Shown piece by piece: positions 21,241 through 30,864 of a stretch of DNA of 64,000 nucleotides (position 1 is its first letter; each line of letters begins with the position of its first letter). The notes beneath the pieces were generated by a model. That model had not been told where the DNA came from. It did not search any database and saw only the letters and a program-made list of their open reading frames with translations. The translations under genes were made by a program, and so were the position numbers. Where the stretch lies: the NCBI GenBank assembly GCA_039698055.1, contig JBDKTL010000039.1, positions 1 through 64,000 of the forward strand, read 5' to 3'. The DNA is from Methanoregula sp. Lineage in GTDB: Archaea; Halobacteriota; Methanomicrobia; Methanomicrobiales; Methanospirillaceae.

Positions 21241-21964
21241 GATCGATCACATCGCCGGTCTCCAGGACCGTGCCTTCACCGGGTCCAATCTTACGGGAAT
21301 TGACAAACGTCCCCCCGGTACTTCCCCCGTCCCTGACGAGCCACGAATCGCCGGACCGTGAGATCACTGCCTGGGGCTTTGTAACCCGGGTCACTGCACG
21401 GTAATGATCGGGGAGGATGATGACCGCATCACCTGGGGGGACCGGGTGGTCCGGGTCGTCGCGGCCGACACTGATCCGGGACTCACGGACAAGAAAGGTC
21501 CGGCCCTCATCCGGTCCGTTAAGGAGGCTGAGGACCGGAGCCCCCTCGGTGCCGGTGACTGCTTCACGGACGAGCCGGATCCTCTTGTGGATATCCTGGT
21601 AACCAGGCTGGGCAGTAACGCTTGAGAAAACCCCGAGCGTAGCGACGAGTCCTTCCATCGCACCTGCGACAAGTGAGTATTTCCAGACCGGCGCTATACC
21701 CCGGTTCGTCTCTCTCCCAAAACCGGCGGACCGGGTCACGAGGCCGGTGGCGACAAGACGGTCGAGGTGCTTCTTTGCGTTCTGGTAGCTCATCCCGATG
21801 TGGTCGGCAATCGCGGTGATCTCCTTTGGCCCGCCGCCGATGAATTTTAGAATGGTCAGCCGGGCCGGGTGGGAGAGGACCTCAAGGTACTCCGAGAGCT
21901 CGACGAGGAACTGGGGGTCAGCGGATATGGAGACGGTCTTTACATCTTTCCTGCTGTCGGTCAA
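21191..21964 (-). CDS. ArsR-type HTH + FHA domain transcriptional regulator
   Basis: N-terminal wHTH (LSHPARLTIL...KHLDRLVATGLV); C-terminal FHA (VGR, DGGSTGGTFVN, LETGDVIDLG). Confidence 0.88.
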   Translation of the reverse strand: MTDSRKDVKTVSISADPQFLVELSEYLEVLSHPARLTILKFIGGGPKEITAIADHIGMSYQNAKKHLDRLVATGLVTRSAGFGRETNRGIAPVWKYSLVAGAMEGLVATLGVFSSVTAQPGYQDIHKRIRLVREAVTGTEGAPVLSLLNGPDEGRTFLVRESRISVGRDDPDHPVPPGDAVIILPDHYRAVTRVTKPQAVISRSGDSWLVRDGGSTGGTFVNSRKIGPGEGTVLETGDVIDLGVGAHAARLLFVAGE

Positions 21965-22269
21965 CGCTTACTTGCCCCCGGGGCCGGATTTTCCGGACGT
22001 ATTATCCTGAGGGTCGGTGTTCCCGGTAAAAATATCTGATGTTTTCGTCACATGCACTCCGGTTTCCCGGGAAGGTGACCGGCAGGCAAAAACATTCGCA
22101 GTGTCGAGGGAGAAGACAAAAAAGGGAGAACCAACTAAAGCCAACTGATTTTTGGACCGGTAATAAAGAGCTGGACAGGATCGTTTGTGCCGGATCCCGA
22201 ACAGGTTGTCGCTCCTGATCGTCAAGACAATTTTTTCGCGAGGGTAAAAAGAATATCCGGGGTCGGGAG

Positions 22270-22935
22270 CTATCCCGAGCTTTTTGCCGGTACTGTACGG
22301 GCAGCCCGGACGTCCTGCCTGTTCTCGTGGACTTCCTGGTGCGAAACGTTAACTCCCCGGATCCCGGCGTTCTCCTGGTGAGTGTCCCTTATTTCCGCAG
22401 CATCCTGTACGGAAGCGTTTCGCTCGACTTTTATCTCTTGGTGATTGGTCGCGAGATCCTGGCGGTTCTCATGAATCCCGATCCGGCTTTCATTAATTTC
22501 ATCTTGGTACGCACTGGAGTTACCGGGATCTTCATACTTGTTCACCTGGTTCGTGCGGATTGTCTGCCGGCTGGCGGCGTTCTCCGATATGTTTGCTCTA
22601 TTAAGCTCCTGCACGCTCCTTACCTGCTGATGGTTGCCGATAATGTCCCCGATCACCGGGATACTATCCCACCAGTTCTGGTGAATCTCCTCACGGGCCG
22701 ACTGGTCGGGCAGCGTGAGATTTGCGTCGGCCGACTTTTCTGCACGGATCTCCTGGCGGTACCCAAAGATTCCCGCGATAGTGCCGAACGGGTCAAAACC
22801 CGTGCCGGTCGCAGGGGCTACAGTTTCTTCAGCCGGTACCGCTGTCTGGTTGTCGTCCGCCGCGGCATAGGCCGGAATCGTAAACGCCAACAAGATAACA
22901 AGTCCGAGGTGGACAAGGATTTTTTTCATGTTCAT
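22270..22935 (-). CDS. Secreted hypothetical protein with heptad repeats
   Basis: Signal peptide MKKILVHLGLVILLAFTIPAYA; repeated H/R-Q-E/D heptads. Confidence 0.75.
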   Translation of the reverse strand: MNMKKILVHLGLVILLAFTIPAYAAADDNQTAVPAEETVAPATGTGFDPFGTIAGIFGYRQEIRAEKSADANLTLPDQSAREEIHQNWWDSIPVIGDIIGNHQQVRSVQELNRANISENAASRQTIRTNQVNKYEDPGNSSAYQDEINESRIGIHENRQDLATNHQEIKVERNASVQDAAEIRDTHQENAGIRGVNVSHQEVHENRQDVRAARTVPAKSSG

Positions 22936-23352
22936 ATTAGTATGCATCCTGCACATTTTTATGTGCATATCCCCATCGGCCGGGCGTGCATATGTATTGT
23001 CAAAATGATCGGGCTCCCGGGTTTACTACGAGTCGGGAATACGTTTAACCATCTGGTTAGATCTTGCATGAAATGGAACAATGCTATATAAAGGAGCCGA
23101 TCCTAAAGGGAATAGCTCCTCATGATACGGGCGAATGCAAAAGGACCCAGGCATAAAAGGCCATGAAATTACCGGGAAGCAGAAGATGAAAGATTCGAAC
23201 CGGCACTTCCCAGTAAATCGTCGTGCATGGCAGCATTTTTAAAAAAATATTTCCCGTACCGGCCCGGTTTTAACGAATGAGAATTACTAATAAAATTGGG
23301 GGGAGTTATTTCCTCCCAGCCAGTCGCTTCAAAACCGCTTTTCCTTCAGGTC

Positions 23353-23832
23353 TTATACCGCACCCGCTGTCGTGCCAGCAGGAACGGTGTCGGTCCCTGC
23401 CTTTGCTGCAGCCCGTGCCGCCGCATAATGTTCCCTGACACTGGCCTTCATCTCCTGGATGAACTGTTTCCAGAGCGGGACGAGGTCTGCGTTGATGGTC
23501 TTCAGGGCTGCGGTGTCACGGTTTGCAATGGCGGTATCAAGTGCTGCACGCTCACCGGTGATCGTTGCCAGCGTTGCCCGCATTTGTGTCGTGTCGATGC
23601 CGTACGTGTTGAGTGCACTGATAACACTGTTCGCCCGCTCTACATGCAGGTCGAACTCCTGCAGCCGGTACTGATAGTGGTTTGTCCACAGGTCGTCCTT
23701 TAGTCCCTGATCAATGACCGATGCCTGTCCTGTACTCGCCTGAGCGGTTGTTGCCGCTGCTGCCGGTAGTACGAAGACCCCGATAAGGCAGAGAGCGAGA
23801 AATGCGCCTTTCATGAGTGTTTTTGAATTCAT
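23353..23832 (-). CDS. Secreted helical hypothetical protein
   Basis: GGAGG RBS upstream, signal peptide ending VLPAAA, amphipathic helices. Confidence 0.78.
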   Translation of the reverse strand: MNSKTLMKGAFLALCLIGVFVLPAAAATTAQASTGQASVIDQGLKDDLWTNHYQYRLQEFDLHVERANSVISALNTYGIDTTQMRATLATITGERAALDTAIANRDTAALKTINADLVPLWKQFIQEMKASVREHYAAARAAAKAGTDTVPAGTTAGAV

Positions 23833-25368
23833 ACTGTTTCCTCCGATGTTACTGGGGAGCTGTCCGCACCCTGATCACCTGTTGCAATGCCCGGCATATG
23901 TATTCGTAAATCGGAGCAGGTTTTTCGTGTAAAATAGTGCGGCGAAACGGATAACCCCCAGGTTACATGCTTTTTTCTGTCTGGTCGTTTTCCACGATCA
24001 CCGGGAGGATCGAAACAAATGTTGGCCGCAATTGTCCCCCCACCACAGGTTTCGGATGCAGAGCCGTTACCGTTCGGTTTGGCCTTTCCCCCATACAGAA
24101 TGGCAGTCCTCTCCTCTCATGAGTTCCCATTGTGGTTTCTCCGGAATTCGCGCTCATCACCATTACAGGAAAAAACGTGTATACTATTGCCCTCCCCGAT
24201 CTGTTAATTCAGGAAAGCATAATTCAACTTTATACCGGAGATGCATTTATACAAAAAAAATGAGAAGTCCGGGAAAGATCCGACCAATTCGACCGGAGTC
24301 CTCTCATGGATTTTAAATGGATAAGCCCCCCGGATGGCACCATCAGCAATGTCAATGCCGCCACGGTCAGGATCACCTGAGGTACCCGGGACGAACTGAT
24401 TAGAAATGACTTTTCTTAATACTTCAGCGAACCCCGATCAGAGCAAAAATCACAAAACGGGGATTTGATATCTACGATCTCGATGGAACTTAGTGCTATC
24501 AGGGTCCACGGGGAACAATTGGATATTGAGGTGATAGAGAGCGGAAACACTACAGATACAAGAGAAATCCTCCGAAAGCAAGGGCCGTTCCAAAGTCTAC
24601 GAACTGGCAGTGCCTATGACGAAAATCATGGGATTTATCGAAGAAGAGAAGAAGAAAGAAGCGAAAAACCATCTCGCTCTCCTTGGAAAATTACGGGAAT
24701 ATATCCGCTGATCCCCTACCAATAACCCGTTTTTCGGTTTAATGCCCATTTTGGCATTTTTATAAAAATACCGCCGAAAAAGACAAGCCCCGTATTGGGG
24801 TTCCGGTGGCGTGGGTCCGTATGGGGAAAAGCAGGTGTCAAAAAAGGGGTCATAGAAAGGGCTCTGGTGGCCGTTTGGAGATACGGCTATTTGCCGTATT
24901 TTGGCAAACAGGGAGTATTTTGGGTTTATTTTTCCGGGCGGGGGAAAATCTCGATTTTACGGAGTTTTCCGGATGAGGGTAAGGGATACGGAGCTCAATT
25001 TGGGGTTATTTTCCTTTAGATAATCATCTGATCGAATTCGGGGTCAAATATTTTCGAGACGGAGACTTTTCATATCTGGAGCTTATCGTGATCCCTGATG
25101 CCGCAAGCGGGCGTCCTTTGCAGTCCCGCCCGGCGTTGGTATCTGGTCGGGTTCGGGGTGGGCCCGGATGGTTCCAGAACAGTTCAAAACCGTCAGGTGT
25201 TCTGCCTCATCATTCTCTGGAAACGGTCGCGGATCCCGGATTCACAAAAATTATTCCTTATTCTTCATCTTCCCGTTCCGTTTTGGATCGGCCTGCCGGT
25301 CTTTGGGGACGGTGATCTTCGTTATCACTTTCTGGACATATTACTTCATTAAGACGGACATGAAGCAC

Positions 25369-27030
25369 TTATCCCTTGTGAATATCAAATTTTTTTGCAG
25401 TTTCCTCCGTCGCATGTATTCCTGCAATGTAGCCATAGGTCATCGCCGGGCCAATGGTACTACCGCCTCCCCAGTACGCGTTAGCCGTTGGGGAGGCAAT
25501 GCAATTACCAGCGCCATAGAGTCCCGGGATGGGTTTATTGTCTGTATCAATGACCTGCGCCTTATGATTGATGATGGGACCCCCGTTCGTGTCAAGCGTT
25601 CCTGCACCCAGTATGATCGCGTGGTACGGGCCGTCCGGACTGATCGGATACATGGTGTAGTTCTTTGATTCAGCCGGGGGCCATTTTACGCCCGGAACGG
25701 TTGGCGGAAACGTGGTCCATTCACGATCATACGCATATTCGCCGCGGTGGAAGTCAGTGTCCACACCGGTTTTGGCAAATTCATTGAACCGCATCACGGT
25801 CTTTCTGAGGTTTTCCGCAAAACTCCCGTCAAGCTGGAACCCGCCGGTCTTAGTCTTTAAGAGCGCAAGGCGGGACTCTATGTTATGCGCAAGCTCATCC
25901 AGCGTATTGCCGTTGATAATGTGAGGTGCCGGCTCGCCCCGGGCCGGAAGGGGAGGGAAGCCCTGCCAGAGAGTGGCGGTTCTTTCATCGTAGATCATGA
26001 ATACCAGCATATTGGTCCATTCCGCACGCTGCGGATCCCACACGAAATGCGTCATGGCCCTGTCAGTGTAATTCCGCTTCTCGTCCATGATTCTTAAGCC
26101 ATAACGGTTCACTTCCAGAACACTATCGCCAAGAACCCAGAACACATTGTGTATACCGTAAGGGTCGATGAGTGCCTGTTCGAGAACAATTTCTGCCCTG
26201 AATGCACCCGCCATGTTACCTAACTGGGCACCGATTGCACTGCCCATCAAGGCGAAATCGCCGGTATTCGTTGGTACGGCACATCCGCCGAAATGCGGGC
26301 CCCGCTGGAAATGCAGCATCAGCCCGGGATTATGCGTAAAACCGCCCGAGCCAAACACCACGGCCTTTCTGCCCCTGATAGTTACCAGAGAGTTCTTGCC
26401 GGTAATTGCTTCAACCCCGGTGACTTCCCCTCTGTGGTTTTTGATGATTCTATTAACCCGATGGTTGAGCAGCAGGGGGATATCGTGGCCATCGGCCCAT
26501 GTCTTGAGCTGGCGGATGAGTTCTACGCCGTAACTCTGTTTGCCTTCTGGAGACATGGAGTAGATAAGTCTGCCGCGGATGCCCTTGTTTTCGGGCAGGT
26601 GATCCATATAATCCACCTGAGCCTGACCTGTCCAGTTGATCTCCTGTATCGATTTGACCGCGCCCAGGTCCCAGAGGAAATCAACCATTTCCGACGCCGT
26701 ATCATAATACGTGGCGATAAGATTGTACTCGTTTTCCGGCAATCCCAGTCGCGGATCGCCGGGATTGTAAAGATGGGGAAATGAATAGCGGGCCATATAC
26801 TGTATCGCGTCGTCCCGTGGATCTTCAACTCCCTTCTCCCGCTGAAAACGGTTGTTGGGAATCCAGAATCCTCCACCCGACCTGCCGGTCGTTCCTCCCG
26901 GGGTGGCGCCTTTCTCAACCATTATGACGTTTGCTCCGCGTGACTTCGCTGTAACGGACGCCACGTAAGCTGCAGCGCCGCTTCCAACAACAACAATGTC
27001 TGCGGTATAATCCCATTTTTTCTCACTCAT
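25369..27030 (-). CDS. FAD-dependent oxidoreductase (FAD_binding_2; 3-ketosteroid delta1-dehydrogenase/TcuA-like)
   Basis: DIVVVGSG, GGTTGRSGGGFWIP, GTLDTNGG, IPGLYGAGN and YWGGGSTIGPAMTYG motifs. Confidence 0.85.
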   Translation of the reverse strand: MSEKKWDYTADIVVVGSGAAAYVASVTAKSRGANVIMVEKGATPGGTTGRSGGGFWIPNNRFQREKGVEDPRDDAIQYMARYSFPHLYNPGDPRLGLPENEYNLIATYYDTASEMVDFLWDLGAVKSIQEINWTGQAQVDYMDHLPENKGIRGRLIYSMSPEGKQSYGVELIRQLKTWADGHDIPLLLNHRVNRIIKNHRGEVTGVEAITGKNSLVTIRGRKAVVFGSGGFTHNPGLMLHFQRGPHFGGCAVPTNTGDFALMGSAIGAQLGNMAGAFRAEIVLEQALIDPYGIHNVFWVLGDSVLEVNRYGLRIMDEKRNYTDRAMTHFVWDPQRAEWTNMLVFMIYDERTATLWQGFPPLPARGEPAPHIINGNTLDELAHNIESRLALLKTKTGGFQLDGSFAENLRKTVMRFNEFAKTGVDTDFHRGEYAYDREWTTFPPTVPGVKWPPAESKNYTMYPISPDGPYHAIILGAGTLDTNGGPIINHKAQVIDTDNKPIPGLYGAGNCIASPTANAYWGGGSTIGPAMTYGYIAGIHATEETAKKFDIHKG

Positions 27031-27057
27031 GTTCAGATCTCCATTTTGTTAAATCGA

Positions 27058-27753
27058 CTAATGCCCCAGATGTTGTGGCCAGGCTATAGTTGCCGGGGTG
27101 ACACCGGCGGGATATATTTCTTCATCCGTTCCTCTGCTGAGATACATCTCATACCATTTGTTTGCAACAAGGGCTGGAGTTTCTTCCCCGGGCTTCATAA
27201 AAAGACCTAACGACAGGTGTCCTGCATAAATTCCCTTTGGCTTGAGCTCAATGTGCAGATTGCGGGCATACGCCCGGAGTGCCGATGCCATGATTCCCAC
27301 ACTGGCTGTCGGAGGAAACGGGTAAATCGAGGAGAGGGGTGTGGTAAACAACAGGGCCCCTTCTCCCCGCTCCTGCATATCCGGCAATACATGCTTTACA
27401 CACCGTACTGCTCCAAGTATCAGGCCGTTGAACTGCTGTCCTATACTTTCTTCCGTCAGTTCCAATGTCGAAAGAGGGGGAAGATTGCCGGGCAGCGGGC
27501 TGAATTCCAGCACATCAATAAAACCATATTTTTGTTTGATAGCAGCAAATGCATCATCCACCTGGTTGCTTCTGGTGAGATCTGCCGGAAACGGGGAAGC
27601 ATCAATCCCTTCAGTTTTCAGTTTCTCTGCCATCGTATCCAGCTTTGTTTTGTTGCGGGCGATCAGGGCAACCTGGAAACTATTCGCCCCAAACTTCCGG
27701 GCAAGAGAAAATCCCAGTCCCTCACCGGCTCCGGCAATAGCAATTGTTTTCAT
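27058..27753 (-). CDS. Short-chain dehydrogenase/reductase (atypical SDR)
   Basis: GAGEGLG Rossmann motif; lacks the canonical YxxxK. Confidence 0.85.
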   Translation of the reverse strand: MKTIAIAGAGEGLGFSLARKFGANSFQVALIARNKTKLDTMAEKLKTEGIDASPFPADLTRSNQVDDAFAAIKQKYGFIDVLEFSPLPGNLPPLSTLELTEESIGQQFNGLILGAVRCVKHVLPDMQERGEGALLFTTPLSSIYPFPPTASVGIMASALRAYARNLHIELKPKGIYAGHLSLGLFMKPGEETPALVANKWYEMYLSRGTDEEIYPAGVTPATIAWPQHLGH

Positions 27754-27917
27754 AGTATCATGTCCACCTGTATCCCGCCTAACTGGTGCATCCGGGCATC
27801 ATCCCCGTGGTTGAATCGGGCAATTTCCTTTGCGATGAAGACTTCATCGGATACTTGCATGGGACGTTTAGTGTCATCGGATGTCCAGGTTCTGCTCAGT
27901 TTGTTGAGCGTAGTCAT
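27750..27917 (-). CDS. Small 55-aa ORF translationally coupled to the SDR gene
   Basis: MTTLNKLSRTWTSDDTKRPMQVSDEVFIAKEIARFNHGDDARMHQLGGIQVDMIL; its TGA overlaps the SDR ATG (ATGA); AT-rich promoter directly upstream. Confidence 0.5.
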   Translation of the reverse strand: MTTLNKLSRTWTSDDTKRPMQVSDEVFIAKEIARFNHGDDARMHQLGGIQVDMIL

Positions 27918-28508
27918 GTCGATCCCGTTAAATAAATCAAAATTAATTTAATTTATATTCTGTTAGATAGTTTAAATGCATATTAAGTTTGGGATAGGTA
28001 CAAAACCCCGGGGAATTTCGATCATGCGTCCTGAATCACCTTCCGGAGTAGTGCAACGCATTTTCTCGGTCGTACTAATGATCCGAATGGCAACATTGCA
28101 ATCAGCAGTTCGAAGGGATGTTTGCGGGTTTCGTATATCTAAAATCTAAAAAGGGGCCAGGCTGGCGACGATATTCTGGTAATTCCACCCGTGACACAAG
28201 CTACTGTCAGAATGAAGAATCGTAAATCGGACTCAGGTATACAGGGATGTGGTTTGAAAGAGTTGCGGGATTTATTATTTCGGTCTGATCAGCAGGAACT
28301 TCTTCACCGTTTTGATCCAGATCTTCAATTCCGCATCCACATCCATCCCCCTGGAAGGAGAGCCGATCTGTAGTCGCCGGTCATCGTTGTCCTGAAAGGT
28401 CATGGCATACCTCTTATGCCGCTGGCGATCGTTTCATATTTTTATTTTTGAAGAAACATTTATTGCCGTTGATATAGACTAATCGACAAGAAAACACCCG
28501 GAGCGTCG

Positions 28509-30851
28509 TTGGCAATTCCGATATCAGTTCTTTACGTGGATGATGAATCCGCACTTCTGGATGTGAGCAAGGCATATCTTGAGCGGACGCATGAGTTTGC
28601 CGTCACCACCGCAACGTCCGCACCGGCTGCACTCGAGCTGATAAAATCCAATGGAATCCAGGCCATCGTTTCCGATTACCAGATGCCGGGGATGGATGGT
28701 ATAGAATTCTTAAAGAAGCTGCGGGCAACGGAAAAGAACCTCCCGTTCATTTTGTTCACCGGTAAAGGCCGTGAGGAGGTTGCCATCCAGGCGTTTGAAA
28801 ACGGTGCGGATTCGTATCTCCAGAAAGGAGGCGATCCCAAATCCCAGTTTGCCGAGCTTATGCACAAGATTAAGGAAGCCGTCGAGCACCGGCATGCAGA
28901 TATGCAGGTAAAGACGCTCAACCGGCTCTATTCGGTGCTTTCTGCAACCAGCCAGGCAATCATTCGTATCCATGACAAAAAGGAATTGTTAAACGAGATC
29001 TGCCGTATTTCTGTGGATACCGGCGGCTTTGTGATGGCGTGGGCAGGACTTGTCAACCCTAAAAACCATACCCTTGAAACCGTTGCGACGTACGGGCAGA
29101 GCAACGGTTTCATGGACAAGATCGCAATATCTACCGACGATATTCCCCTGGGGCAGGGCCCGACCGGAACTGCATTTCGCGAGAAAAAATTCAATGTCTG
29201 CAATGATATCGCGACTGATGCAAAGAAGGCACCATGGTGCAAAGGAGCGCTTGAGCGGGGCTACCAGTCGGTTGCTGCATTTCCCTTTGCAGCTGACACC
29301 AAAAATGCCGGTGTCATTACGTTCTATGCTTCGGAACCGGGTTTTTTTAACGACCAGATAATCCGGCTGCTGGATGAACAGTCACGGGATATCTCGTTTG
29401 CATTCGTGACCCTTGAGCATGATGAAGAAAAGATGGCGGTCGAAGATGAACTGAAAAAGTCAGAACTCCAGTACCGCCGGCTCTTTGAAACCGCACAGGA
29501 TGCAATCCTGATCCTTGACGGGGATACCGGGGAAATCATCGATGCAAACAAATTCATTATCGATATGCTGGGATACCCTTTGGTGTACTTCATTGGCCGG
29601 CATCTCTGGGAACTTGGCTTTATCAAGGACAAATATATTGCCCAGCATGCATTTGCCGAACTGACCACGAAGGGTTATATCCGGTATGACGATCTCCCCC
29701 TTGAAACAAAAGACGGGCAGAGCATGGCGGTCGAATTTGTCAGCAACGTCTATTTTGTTGGCGATAAGCGGATTATCCAGTGCAACATCAGGGATATTAC
29801 CGGGAGAAAATCGGTCCAGGATGCATTGCTGGCATCTGAAAGACGGTACCGCCGGCTCTTTGAAACCGCACAGGACGGTATCCTGATCCTCGATGAAGAG
29901 ACGGGCATGATTCTCGATGCAAATAAGTGTATTCTCGACATGCTGATCTACCCCTTAGAGTATTTTATCGGCAAACGCCTCTGGGAACTGGGGTTCATCA
30001 AGGACAAATCATTTGCCCAGCGGGCATTTACCGAGCTCAAGACAAACGGCTCTATCCGGTATGACGATCTTCCCCTCGAAAGAAAAGACGGGCAGAGCAT
30101 TGATGTCGAGTTTATCAGCAACGTTTACCCGGTAAACGATCACAAGATTGTCCAGTGCAATATCCGCAATATCACCCAACGGAAACGTGCGGAATCCGCC
30201 CTTGCCCTTGCCATCAGGAAACTGACCCTCCTCTCGTCAATTACCCGTCACGATATCAGGAACCAGCTTCTGGCACTCGAAGGATATCTTGAACTTTCCA
30301 AAGGATCTCTTTCTGATCCGGTCAAAACCGGGGAATTCGTTGCAAAAGAGGAGAAGATCGCAGAGAATATCGGTCACCAGATCGATTTCACGAAGGATTA
30401 CGAGGACATGGGGGTGAATGCCCCCGTGTGGCAGGATGTCCACAGGATTATCAGAAAAGTTGTGGGCACTCTTCCTATGCGCACTATCCGTGTTGAGGCC
30501 GACGGTCCTGTCCTTGAGGTTTTTGCCGATCCGCTGCTTGAAAAAGTGTTCTACAATCTTATCGATAATGCCCTGCGGTACGGGGGAGAGCAGATGACTG
30601 CCATCCGTATGACGGCCCTAGAAGAGAACCAGAAGCTGGTCATTGCGGTAAAAGACGACGGCAACGGCATCAGCGATGAGGATAAAAAGCATCTGTTCAA
30701 CAAAGGGTTTGGCAGGCATACCGGTCTTGGCCTGTTCCTGTCGCGCGAGATCCTGTCAATTACCGGTATCACCATTACCGAAACCGGTGTCCCGGGCAAG
30801 GGTGCACAATTCGAGATGACCGTGCCGGACGGCGCGTGGCGGTTTCCATAA
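28509..30851 (+). CDS. Hybrid sensor: REC-GAF-PAS-PAS-histidine kinase
   Basis: VLYVDDE and SDYQMPGMDG receiver, GAF, two PAS repeats, RHDIRNQL H-box, NLIDNA, DDGNGI and GLGLFL. Confidence 0.93.
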   Translation: MAIPISVLYVDDESALLDVSKAYLERTHEFAVTTATSAPAALELIKSNGIQAIVSDYQMPGMDGIEFLKKLRATEKNLPFILFTGKGREEVAIQAFENGADSYLQKGGDPKSQFAELMHKIKEAVEHRHADMQVKTLNRLYSVLSATSQAIIRIHDKKELLNEICRISVDTGGFVMAWAGLVNPKNHTLETVATYGQSNGFMDKIAISTDDIPLGQGPTGTAFREKKFNVCNDIATDAKKAPWCKGALERGYQSVAAFPFAADTKNAGVITFYASEPGFFNDQIIRLLDEQSRDISFAFVTLEHDEEKMAVEDELKKSELQYRRLFETAQDAILILDGDTGEIIDANKFIIDMLGYPLVYFIGRHLWELGFIKDKYIAQHAFAELTTKGYIRYDDLPLETKDGQSMAVEFVSNVYFVGDKRIIQCNIRDITGRKSVQDALLASERRYRRLFETAQDGILILDEETGMILDANKCILDMLIYPLEYFIGKRLWELGFIKDKSFAQRAFTELKTNGSIRYDDLPLERKDGQSIDVEFISNVYPVNDHKIVQCNIRNITQRKRAESALALAIRKLTLLSSITRHDIRNQLLALEGYLELSKGSLSDPVKTGEFVAKEEKIAENIGHQIDFTKDYEDMGVNAPVWQDVHRIIRKVVGTLPMRTIRVEADGPVLEVFADPLLEKVFYNLIDNALRYGGEQMTAIRMTALEENQKLVIAVKDDGNGISDEDKKHLFNKGFGRHTGLGLFLSREILSITGITITETGVPGKGAQFEMTVPDGAWRFP

Positions 30852-30864
30852 AAAAAAAAAATTC

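Noticed and set aside
19892-21361. 489-aa plus-strand ORF
   Set aside because: Antisense shadow of the GC-rich kinase and FHA genes; no recognisable motifs.
24465-24725. 86-aa ORF in the gene-free gap
   Set aside because: TTG start and no recognisable domain; it may be a gene remnant but cannot be supported.
28000-28500. Intergenic region upstream of the hybrid kinase as an ncRNA or gene
   Set aside because: No convincing ORF, repeat or stable structure seen by eye.
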